Assembly: GCA_002104945.1 (NCBI GenBank)
Contig: MCFH01000088.1
Coordinates: 62,001 to 126,000, forward strand
Length of the DNA stretch: 64,000 nt
Reading direction: 5' to 3'
Origin: Piromyces finnis finn
Lineage: Eukaryota > Fungi > Neocallimastigomycota
Shown: in pieces, positions 46,901-57,400 of the stretch
How the letters are laid out: each line of letters begins with the position of its first letter
How positions within the stretch are numbered: the first letter of the stretch is position 1
Notes under the pieces: generated by a model
The model's database searches: none
Seen by the model: only the letters and a program-made list of their open reading frames with translations
Told to the model about the DNA's origin: nothing
Position numbers and translations under genes: made by a program

Positions 46901-48614
46901 TAAACTTAATAATGTTGATTTAAATAATTATATCTCTACTAATAATAATTCACATGGAAGTAAAAATATAAATATAAATTTTAAAAATGATATTGATAAA
47001 AGCAAGAATAATAATTATTTTAAAAATAATGAAATAAATGAATTATCTGAATATGATAATGATATTGTTTATAATGAAGTAATGAATAGTGATATAAATG
47101 TCTTAAATGATACTCGCAACTTAAATAATAAAATAGATATAAATAAAAATGATTTTCCTAAATTAAATGAAAATATTACAACTAGTCATAATAATTCTAA
47201 CATCCATAGTAATCATAATAATATTCATTCATATGATCCATCTAATATTTTTAATATTGATAAAAATAATTATTTTAATATAGAAAATAAAATAAAAACA
47301 TCCTCAGTCCCATCTGAAAATGGAAAAGGTGAATCAATAAATAATTATACTGACTCAGAAGCGGTACTTGTAACTGACACATCTTTTGATACTAGTGAAA
47401 ATAATTCAAATGAATATCCAGGAAGTAATAAAATTAAAGAATTTCTTAAAAAGAAAATTATCTTAATAAATGGAATAAAATATTATAAAGATGGAGACAA
47501 TATCAGAAAAGTTGTTGAAGATAAAGAAGAGAAAATAGAATTACTATTAGCTGCGCATTCAATAGGTCATGAAGGATTTTATAAAACTTATAATAGACTG
47601 AAGAAAAGTTATTATTGGAAAAATATGGCTAAAGATGTAGAACTACTTGTGAAAACTTGTCATGATTGTCAATTAAAGAGACCTCAACCTATTAATAGTG
47701 GTACTGAATCATTTGCTACAAAGCCAGGTCTACCATTCACTAGAGTTGGTTTAGATATTATTGGACCACTACCAATAACTAAAAATAATAATAAATATAT
47801 AATAGTACTTGTAGACTATTTTACCAAATGGGTTGAAGCTGAACCTCTAAAATCAATTGAATCTACGGATGTTATAAAATTTCTTACAAATGTATTTTCT
47901 AGACATGGTACTCCAGAAATATTAATTACTGATAATGGTTCACAATTTACTTCTGATGCTACTAAAGGCTTTCTTGATTTATATGGTATATATGTTCAAT
48001 ATTCTAGCACTTATCATCCAGAAACAAATGGACAAGTAGAAAATCGTAACAGAGAAATTGTTAAAAATATTCGACTATTAGGAGACTCGAATAAAGAATG
48101 GGACGAAGTTCTTCCATCGGCTTTATGGGCTCTACGTACTTGTAAAAATGAAGTAACAAAATTTTCTAGCTTTGAATTATTATATGGTCGTACTGACCTT
48201 CAACCATTTGAACTTATGATAGAATATAATAATAAAAATGAATATGAAACTCCAGAAGAATATTTAATAAATAAATTTACTACACATTGTGAATGGATTA
48301 TTGAAGTTACCAAAAATATTCAGAATGCTAATAAATTATGGGAAAATAGAAGAAAACAAAAAGCTTCAATGAATACTGCATTTTCAGCCGGTGATTTAGT
48401 ACTTGTTAGAAATTTTTCAAGAAGAAAGTTAGATCCATTTTTCATGGGACCTTTCCGTATTATTAAAATGGAATTTAATACTGCTACATTATGTGACCCT
48501 ATTAGTGGTGCAATAGCTGAAAGAAATGTTCATCAAAAGAATTTAGTTCATTATCATACTTGGCACAATGAGACTTCCAGGGACGAAGTCCAAACTCAAG
48601 TGGGGGGATCTTGA
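43905..48614 (+). CDS. pol: Gypsy pol polyprotein (PR-RT-RNase H-IN), 1569 aa
   Basis: PR VYLDSCSS; RT WRMCVDYRKLN, LDLFSGFHQI, YMDDLL; RH TDASLNGIGGVLLQ, TDHKPL, NVVADALSR; IN H..GH..C..C, GLDIIGPL, TDNGSQF, NGQVENRNR; GPF motif. No chromodomain seen. Confidence 0.97.
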   Translation: MNGRRNTPINQTNTTFATISVPVNEEITIPVIRKAKKNTDIKPYKRTTKEKLSDNPQPIRVPSNETREPSNNTYEDIIEVPNNEVELETVIENENNNNNNNLNNNYNNNINNNMSMNNDTNINNNESNKIDNNINDNNINNNTNSTEALKQLDPSFINQPTIDKAKRNNKKEREKEIIELAKEIELPSQKEKDVPNEKGTKRLVISADQEKYNITKDIGEKFANITIGQLLEISPKLKTELSKALKFTKIIEDESTILSTIRKDKVVKSKCKIEGIETTVYLDSCSSINMITRKFLLENNIPLKPVSKIRETLYQAYSNTTIESHLYEIEITIGDITSIEIFRLIEKEDIFQVLIGVETLANMKLIMDFSDHTLYQKTDDIHKIGSFESINEMNPINLIEEFDEEVNQGALIYYLTSQNAKYQDLEIKTTNDSKLQLINKIVDEAQEEAKDQLKNLLVTNIDVLANDTDDLGKSKLLAHEIKLNQDDPIKQKMYRISNKEHMEILKEEIGKLLKNDLIEPSQSSWSSPVLLVPKKNGKWRMCVDYRKLNSITIKDSYPLPYIEEILFSIGNNVKYLSTLDLFSGFHQIPMKKEDIDKTCFTTIFGNYNYKVMPFGLCNAPATFQREMNRIFLPLIGKCLFVYMDDLLVFSPSLEQHILDLQKVFNIIKENGIKANLSKCHFLKQEVEVLGHILSVEGVKPVEKKIETIKNWKSPTNLTQLRSFLGAIGYYRKFIKDFAQIAHPLFKLLKKGMKFEWTSETEQSFQILKERLIKSPILKYPDYDKYFIIRTDASLNGIGGVLLQKDENNVEHPIHYVSRSLNDSEINYSITDLEGTAAFYCCKKFKSYISGNKEETILYTDHKPLVGLFNNKEPNNARQTRWVTTLSMLKVKVKYEQGKKNVVADALSRLIPDNKNDIKISLATFNNNDGETTKNNILNSNKDFYSKNNENIVYSCNFNNSCINDNEINKNNNINPYIDKNIDFNKNSCVNESVNSIKYSKLNNVDLNNYISTNNNSHGSKNININFKNDIDKSKNNNYFKNNEINELSEYDNDIVYNEVMNSDINVLNDTRNLNNKIDINKNDFPKLNENITTSHNNSNIHSNHNNIHSYDPSNIFNIDKNNYFNIENKIKTSSVPSENGKGESINNYTDSEAVLVTDTSFDTSENNSNEYPGSNKIKEFLKKKIILINGIKYYKDGDNIRKVVEDKEEKIELLLAAHSIGHEGFYKTYNRLKKSYYWKNMAKDVELLVKTCHDCQLKRPQPINSGTESFATKPGLPFTRVGLDIIGPLPITKNNNKYIIVLVDYFTKWVEAEPLKSIESTDVIKFLTNVFSRHGTPEILITDNGSQFTSDATKGFLDLYGIYVQYSSTYHPETNGQVENRNREIVKNIRLLGDSNKEWDEVLPSALWALRTCKNEVTKFSSFELLYGRTDLQPFELMIEYNNKNEYETPEEYLINKFTTHCEWIIEVTKNIQNANKLWENRRKQKASMNTAFSAGDLVLVRNFSRRKLDPFFMGPFRIIKMEFNTATLCDPISGAIAERNVHQKNLVHYHTWHNETSRDEVQTQVGGS
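48598..48611 (+). other. Polypurine tract
   Basis: AAGTGGGGGGATCT immediately precedes the 3' LTR. Confidence 0.8.
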
Positions 48615-49767
48615 TACGCTACTCACATAAAAACATGATAAAAACTAGCTGAATAAACACGACTTAACCCATAGTAACTTATAATAAAAATAAACAATAA
48701 TAACCCTTAAAGATGAATGAATAATAATTTTATGAAAATATAACCCTTTCTTTAAATAAAAAATATTATCTTTATTATATAATAAATTCTGAGTAAAAAC
48801 GACCTAATAGTGATAATAATAAAATAAATTATTAAATAAAATAAATTATTAAATAAAATAAATTATTAAATAAAATAAAACGACTTAATCCAATAATGTA
48901 CTAAAATAATAAAATAATAATAAATAAATAAAAATGAATAAATAAACTAAAAATAAAATGATATACATCAAATTATTAATTCTAGTGTTTATCCAAGTGT
49001 TCTTTAGAAATTCTCTTAAACTTATAAATTAAAAAAAATAACTAATTGAGTAATTATTACTAAAATGATAAACTTAAAACCTGGAAATAGAACAATAATA
49101 ACAATTCCAAAGATAAAATACAGAACTCTTTTATGTTTCTGTATAAAATGAGTGTTTATAATAATTGATACTTTTAATATTTTAATTTTGTTAAATTTTT
49201 ATTTTAATTTTATTTTAATTTTATTTTAATATTATTTTAATTTTAAATTTTAATTATTTTATTCAAGGTATTATACATTTAATGATAGTCAATGATAATT
49301 TATAATAATTTTTCTAAATTTAAACATTTTGAAGTAATAAGAAAATCAAATAAGTAATATTCTATAATATTTTATAATACTAAGACATAATTTTAATTTA
49401 TTCTTTTAATTTTAATAAATAATAACAATAGTTATAATAGCATTTAATAGTTAAAAATAATAATACCTGTAATAAATGAAAATGTATAAAAGGAAGATAA
49501 AATTCTTCTTTATAAAGGGCGGACAATAAATAGAGAATAAAAAGACTATAAATAGACTATAAATAGACAATAAATAAATTATAAATATAATAAAGAGATA
49601 ATTTAAACATAATAAAAAGAGTTTATTTTCGAGTTTTTGAGTGATTTATTTGTTAATTATAAAACATATTTTATTTTATTTTAAATTTATTGTTTCATCA
49701 TAAATATTAGAATTTATTATTTATTAAAAATATTATATTATTCAAAAATATATCGGTCAACGCATCA
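48612..49767 (+). repeat. 3' LTR (1156 bp)
   Basis: Direct repeat of the 5' LTR. It differs by one fewer 17-bp unit, an 11-bp duplication and a few changes in the last ~70 bp. Confidence 0.95.
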
Positions 49768-49771
49768 TAAT

Positions 49772-50531
49772 TGATACAAGATGCATAGAAAAATATAATA
49801 TTTTAAATATTTTATGAATAATATCTAATCCTTTTATAAATTGTATATCAATTACTAATGATAATAATAATTAAACTATATTAGTATAAATTATTATGAC
49901 GCAAATGTTACACATACATTAGAATAATTAGTTACACAAGAAAGGAAAAGATATAAAAGAGAGTGTTAAAGCAGAAAATATCAAGAGGGAGAACTTTTCA
50001 TTTATAAATAATATTTGATATTTTAGTTTTAAGTATTAGTTTTATTTTATTTTATTTTTATATTAATAGTTTTAGTTTAAGTTAGTTTTAGGTTAATAAT
50101 TACGTATTTAGTATTTATTATATTTCCTTCAGTTTAAATATTAGTTATAAAAGAAAAGAATATTTATTGTTTATTTTTACTATTTCAGAAAAGTTATATT
50201 TTATCATTAATAATACTTTCATCAACATATTTTTATATTTACACATTATATTTAACTATTTATATTTATTCAATAATAACTTTCGATCCTATTAGTATTG
50301 AATGTTATTAATGTTATAATCATAAAAATAATAATAATTAAATAAAGAATCTTTAAACCAAAATCTATTTAATTATATTATTATAAAATTTATTATTTTT
50401 ATTATTTATTTTTATTATTATAAAATAGAAATAAATACAATATTAACTAATATATTATTCATATATCATTCCCTATTGCTAACGTTCATAATTATATTTT
50501 ATTTATGGTGTTTTTGAAATATATTGCATCA
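49772..50531 (+). mobile_element. Putative solo LTR of a related family (760 bp), TGATAC...GCATCA
   Basis: Same termini as the full element, flanked by TAAT on both sides. Its first ~50 bp recur at 50536. Confidence 0.75.
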
Positions 50532-50535
50532 TAAT

Positions 50536-50652
50536 TGATACAAGATGCATGGAAAGATATAATAATTTAAATATTTTATGAATAATGTGAAGATATTAAC
50601 TGGATTTAATCTCTAAGAACCACCATTGGAGCTAGGAGAAATGCACTCGGAA

Positions 50653-50705
<53 letters not shown>

Positions 50706-52112
50706 AACTGGATTTAAAACAAATTCAGATAATATCTATAATTAATTAAACATAATAATTAGAATTAAATGATCCCAATAATTATTTTAAAACACCTTTA
50801 AAAGTCACCATTTAAATTTTGGTTCAGTGAAAGGGTTATGATTTCAAAAAATTTAATATCAATACACTATAACCCTTAGCCAAAAATAAACAAACACGAA
50901 ACTAGGCATAACTCGCCAAAAACGAGTGTTACGGCTGTGAAACCAAGTTTATTAGAAAGCTTAAGGGAAAGGATACATTTTGGTACAATCGTAGTCCTTC
51001 TAACTGATCATTTAAAGATTTTAATAAGTAAATTAAAATCAATATAACATCAAGTATGGATCATAAACACTTCTTATGACTTAATAAAAATTAAAAATAT
51101 AGCAATAAGCATTTTAGTTATATTAAATTAATGAAAATGACTATTATTAAAAATAGAATTAAACCGTTTAGGTTAACAGTTACTAGACATAAATGAAATA
51201 ATTTTAATTATTAAAAATTAGATTAACGACAAGCTTTAAAAATTAATTTTTAAAATAATGATTATCTAGTTATAACAAATATACAAATATGTTATTATTA
51301 ATTATAATTAAATGTTAAATGATTAGTCATATGTTTATTTTATTGTATGTCATGACAAACAAACAAACAACACCTTTATAATTTATTATATCATATTATT
51401 AATATATTACATGTAATATATTATCTTTGTCTGAAAGTTTTAAGTATTATAAATGTTATGTTATAATTAAATTTAATTTCTTAAAAAACATTTTTACTAT
51501 ATAATTAATAACATTCTGACCTAGCCGCATAACCAAACCTAAAAAAACTTAACAACATATAAAAATAACCCTTTAAAATAAATGAATAATAATTCTATAA
51601 AAATATAACCCTTTTTAAATAAATAATATTCTTTTTATTAAATAATAATAAATTCTGAATAAATGACTTAATTAATAAAAAATAAGTATAAAGTAAATTA
51701 TTAAATAAAACGATTTAATCATATAATGTATTAAAATAATAGAATAATAAATAAAAATGAATGAATAAACTCAAATAAATGGTGTACATCAAATTAGTGT
51801 TTTATCCAAGTGTTCTTTAGAAATTCCTTTAAAATTATATTTATAAACTAACAATAAAATAATTGAGTAATTATTACTAAAAGTGACAAACTTAAAATCT
51901 GGAAATAGATCAATAATAACAATTTTAAAGATAAAATACAGAACTCTTTTATGTTAAACATAATTAAAAGAGTTTATTTTTGAGTTTAAGAGATTTGTTT
52001 GTTAATTATAAAACGTATTTTATTTTAAATTTATTGTTTCATCTAAATCTTAGAATTTATTATTTATTAAAAATATTATATTATTCAAAAATATATATCG
52101 GTCATCCCATCA
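50536..52112 (+). mobile_element. Putative diverged solo LTR (~1.58 kb including a nested insertion)
   Basis: Starts TGATACAAGATGCAT like 49772. Bases ~51560-52112 align by eye with the full element's LTR and end ..CGGTCATCCCATCA. Flanked by TAAT/TAAC. Confidence 0.7.
50610..50703 (+). mobile_element. Short TPRT-type insertion: 46 nt plus A48 with a 14-bp TSD
   Basis: TTAACTGGATTTAA at 50596-50609 and 50704-50717 flanks the body and poly(A). Confidence 0.88.
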
Positions 52113-52116
52113 TAAC

Positions 52117-52483
52117 TGATATATAATATAACTATATGGCTAAAAATATTAAATTTATGTAATTAAAATTAAGGGTTAGCAATTATTTAAGAAAAATAGT
52201 AGTAATTAAATAACCAATAATATATCATATAAAAGTAATTAAAATTTACTTTTATTAAAAGAGAGAATTCTTTTTATAAAATATAGTTGATTATTGAGAA
52301 TTTTTATTGTAGTTTTAACTTAAAATATTTTTTTATGTTAAATATATAAATACATTTAAAATTATTTTTATCAATAAAAATAAAAGAGAGAAACTTATAA
52401 ATAAAAATTTTATGTTTAATTCTTTTTTTTATATTCAAATATTTGATGTATAATTTGTTAAACACAGTAAAACTAATAAAACA
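52117..52483 (+). mobile_element. Possible further LTR remnant beginning TGATAT, truncated at the LINE junction
   Basis: Follows CATCA-TAAC in the same junction pattern. No 3' end is recognisable. Confidence 0.4.
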
Positions 52484-54186
52484 AAATAGAAATAATATAC
52501 TTTCCAGAGAAGTTTTTAAATGAGGCTTGACACGAATTGTGAAAACCTAAATATAAATCTCTCATTCCAGGAACTGATTCATCAGCTTTCTTGAAAAAGT
52601 ACCTATAGTTTCGCAAAGTAACAAGGCAAGGATACTCTGTATTCGATCCAGAACCATTACCAGTTTCTTGGAAACATAAAAATAATGGTTTGAAAATAGC
52701 TGTGAAATAGCTAATACTATCTCTCTTTTCGTGATTCCACCCATTGGTGTTCCAACTAAGACAAAAAGAAAAGTTATCAGGCTTGTTGGATGAGGAAGAA
52801 TCGTTGCTATTATTATTATTATTAAAGTCATCGTTATTAATGGATGATGCATCAGAGGAATAAGTAGAACTATTACTAGATGGCTGTGAAACTGAAGAAC
52901 TATCAACTATTGAACTGTTATCAGAATTGATAGAGCTATTAGAATTAATTGTTGAATGTTGAGATTGAAATTGTGTTTGCTGTAGATCTGGAATATTTTC
53001 ATGATTGGAAACTTGTTGAAGATCTTGTTGAAGATCTTGTTGAAGATCGGATTGTTAATGAGATTGTTGAACTGATTGTTGAAATGATTGTTGAATAGAA
53101 TGTTGATGTTTATTAGAAACTAAAATTTTACGTTTGAGAGTGGAAAAAGTGTATTTGTGATTCCTTCTACTACGAGCTGAAAAGGAAATTGAGGTAACTG
53201 AAAGTTTCTTCTTTAACATGTGTAAGATTTTAATACAATCTTTTGATGAACCATGAACCTTGACTAAGAAAAAGTGATCATTGAAAGTTTGAAAATATTT
53301 AACACTAATAACTGAATTAAATTTATCTTCTAGAATAACCTCGAGTTTTTCCCATAGCATATTTACTGACCATGATCGAATACCACAGATAAAGAAGGAG
53401 CGAATATCATCTAAGGGGATACCATAAGACCGGGTACCATGTCTGATATAATTCTTATCTTTAATATAAAGGACTGACATGATAATAAATTCTAATTAAA
53501 AAATATTGAATATAAAATAAATACTAATAAAAATTACAAATATAACGTATATGGAAAAAAATCTGTCTCTCTCTCTCTTCTTAAAAGTGCTGGATAGTAC
53601 AAAAATTGTTACGATGCTTTGTTTAAAGTTTCTTTTTTTTGAATTCTAGTTGTAAATTTTCTTTAAAAATTCTAGTTTTGGTTTGTTGTTAGTAAATTCG
53701 ATTCGCTTTTTGACACTAAAATTGTTTGACTTTACTTTTCATTAAATATTTAAATTGGTAAAAAATTTGAATCAAGAATGTCGACACCAGAAAGCTTGTG
53801 AATAGTATTTTTACATGATGTAGAGTGAATCAGTCTCTTACAAGAAACAATACAACAATAGCTACATGAATATAAAAATACAATGCAAATGCTAAAGTTG
53901 ACTACATTGGATTCTTACAAGAGAAGAGTAGTACTACATGAATACATGAATAAAAGAAAAAATACAGCAACAAAATGTATTACTCTTCTAATTAAATACT
54001 ATACAAACTTACCTGAATGTCAAACATTCAACTTATTCATCAAATACTTAATTCGATGAATAAAATGTTTTTTAATCGCTCAGTACCATGAGCTTAGTCC
54101 TAATAATTTTCCCTTAAAGACTAACCAAGCATCCATTGCGCAATGCTTGGATTTAATTCTTTCTACTCTCTCAGTACCATGAGCAT

Positions 54187-54190
<4 letters not shown>
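52484..54190 (-). mobile_element. LINE copy 1: 5' UTR plus ORF start only (3'-truncated; TAA replaces CAA)
   Basis: Highly similar to 58000-59700. Similarity stops at ~52484 inside the endonuclease domain. ORF 53055-53480 ends prematurely. Confidence 0.9.
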
Positions 54191-54231
<41 letters not shown>

Positions 54232-54468
54232 GGCATCAAATATTTTAAACTTTATTATTAATTTAATTAAAATTATAATACATGTAATAAAAAATTAAAA
54301 AATAAAAATAAAAATAAAAAAAATATGTTTAAATAAACACAAATGAATAAAATTTGGGTATAATGTATTCTAGTAATTTTAATTAAAGTAAGAAAGCCAC
54401 TATCATACTAAAGTATAATAATTGTATTTGACTTCCAATGGGACACCGAGCCAAAGATCAAAATTTTG

Positions 54469-57400
54469 TCATGGAACAAAATTATGATCTCCATTGGTTG
54501 CGCTGGCCCTCCTGGCCTGTCTTACTGTTTCTTCAGCATTGACGCTCTTGGATGTTGCTTCAAACCTTTTGAACATTGACCATTGCTGGCCAATAGCAAA
54601 AGGCATGATTTTGGTTAGAAGTTCCGCGGTTACCGTCAAGAATGGTGTTCCTTCGTTAGTATCAGGTTGAATCTGACGCTTACAAAGTTCTTTCCATTCC
54701 CTTGAATTGTAATTAATATTGTTAAAACTTCTTCCCCCAAGAAGGAATTTAAATATTTTACTGCACACACTAGAATAATCATACACATTAATATTCACCG
54801 GATTATTAGAACTATTACTATCATTAACTAAATTACTATCTAAATTAGAATTATTATCTTCACTATTGCTATCATTACTAATATTATTATTTCTATTATT
54901 GTTATTATTACTATTGTTACTATTACTATTGTTACTATTACTATTGTTATTACTACTATTGTTACTATTACTATTAATGTTATTACTATCTCTACTGATA
55001 TTATCCATTTCATTATTATTGATAGGACTATTGGAATTACGTTGACTGAAAAAATTTAATAGCTGGACTATGGAATCATAATGTTTAATACGGATATCTC
55101 TAAATGTTGGACAATCTAATAACCAATGTTTAATACTTTGATCTCCACACTTGCAACATGGACAGTAGTTAGGACAAACTGGGTCAACAAATTTGGCAGC
55201 TTTGGCAACTCTAGCATCCAACTTGTATCCGCTTCTTGCTTTCAATAGCCAGTAGAAGCCATAGGCAAACTCTGGGTACTCATAACATAATTTAATAAAA
55301 TCTTTAGTTCCAATAAATTTATTATCATCATAATATTGCGCTTTGATTGAATTCCCTTTGAGATCTTTCCAATAAAAGTTTTTAACTGCTTTAACATCTC
55401 CATGTTTCTTTAGTTTTTTATCAAGTGTCCTACTTGATTTGCACCACGTGTATTTTCTAAATTTAGGAATGTAATTGACAAGGTGTGAGATAATACAATT
55501 TGAGTTTTTCCATTTGTTAAAACATCTAACCTGAGCTAACGCACATTTGGCTGACAATGGAGGAATATTCAAATCTTTTGAAATAGAGTATAAAGATATA
55601 AACGATACAGCTTTATGAACTCCGGCAACCCATCGTATTCCTTTGTTAACATGCTTCTGAGCAATCCTAGACCTAGCTTTGTTGGATCCAAGTAATGGTG
55701 CAAAGTATGAAACTCTGCTAATCACTTGTGAGTTAAGTACTAGTTTTTTGAAAGGAATAGGAATATTAGGATTTCTTAAGAATTTACTGATTGAGAAAAG
55801 CCCTTTCAAAACCTTGTTATTAAGAGCTTTAATTACTGGTTTAAGGGACAGATTCTTATCAAATGGAACACCAAGATAAGTATAGCAATCAGTAGTTGGA
55901 ATGGGTTGTCCTGCTAAGTAAAATGTTGGATCTCTCTTGTTCTGATTTTCTATTGATTCAGGACGAATCACCATCGTTGAACATTTCTGGATACCAAATT
56001 CCATTTCATTATACAAGGCCCATTCATTAACTCTTCTAAGCATCTTTTTTAAGCATCCTCTTGTTGGAGCACAAATAACTATATCATCTGCAAAAAGTCC
56101 ACCACAGCATCGAGTGTCACCTAAACTGACTCCTAGATCTTCGCACTCTCTAAATATATCATTAATAAAGAGATTAAAGAGAATAGGAGAAAGAGGGCAA
56201 CCTTGACGGACTCCTTTCTTCACATCAAAAGATTTCGAGAATTGTCCATCTAATTTGACATTAGCCTTAGATGTTAAATATAAATTTTTGATAAATTGTA
56301 GACTCTTACCTCGGATTCCTAAACAATCTAATTTATGGAGAATATTACCGATTGGGACTGAATCGTATGCTTTCCTGAGATCTAAAAAGGCCAAATATGT
56401 CTCTTTATTATCTAATTGACGTCTACGGCATATTTCTTGGATTGAAATGAAAAGACTAATACTTTCTTCCTTTTTTCGAAAACCAAATTGTTCAGGTCTA
56501 ATGAAATTATTCTTTAAACCATATTCTGAGATTCTAGTGGTGACAATTTTGGAAATCAACTTAATACCATTATTGATAAGTGATATACCTCGATAGTTAT
56601 CACAATCTGTCAAATCTCCCTTCTTAGGAATAGAAACAATACTGGATTCATTCCATGAGTTGGGGAAATCTCCATCCCAAATACGGTTGAATAATTTAAG
56701 AATAAAATTTAAACCATGAGCATCATTATCTGAAGTAGTATTACCAGAAGAATTATTATCTGTAGCATTATTAGAATCATTACTTGATGGAACTAATGCT
56801 TTGTAAAATTCAATTGGAATACCATCCGGACCTGATGCTTTATAATTTGGAGTAGTGAGGATAGCTGACTTGACTTCATCAATACTAATATCTTGGTTGA
56901 TATCCCACTCATCAAGCATAGGAAGTGAAAAACGTTTATTCGTTGGTTCTTCATACCAATGCTCCAAATCAAGACTTACACCACTTGGGTCTGATGCAAG
57001 ATTTTCGAAATGATCATGCCACACATCTAGTTGTTCTTCCGTAGCAACAACTAATTCTCCATTTTTATTTTTAATTGGTTGAGCAATAAAGAAAGAATCT
57101 TTTCCAATTTTTGCAGTTTTCTTGATCCATTTCCAGGCCTTCTTAGGATTATGACTCTTCATATACTCACATCCTGTTTTAATCCAATGAAGATATTCTT
57201 GCTTCCTAAATTCATTACATCTTTTGTGGATGTAATCAATGAGTTTACGGTAGATTTTAATTCTTTTAATAAATTCATCTATATCATAAATTCTTTCTTT
57301 TTTAAATCTCTTATACAACTTCATTTTGATTTTTTGAAGATTAAAAATTTGTTGTGAAATATGAAATGAAGACTTTATAACATTATTTGCTGAAGTAATA

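Larger units (their letters stand above)
39851..49767 (+). mobile_element. Full-length Ty3/Gypsy LTR retrotransposon (9.9 kb), 4-bp TSD TAAT
   Basis: Paired LTRs, PBS, gag, PR-RT-RH-IN order, PPT; TAAT at 39847-39850 and 49768-49771. Confidence 0.97.

Noticed and set aside
48400-48611. Chromodomain at the integrase C-terminus
   Set aside because: Only a short tail follows the GPF motif, with no aromatic-cage pattern.
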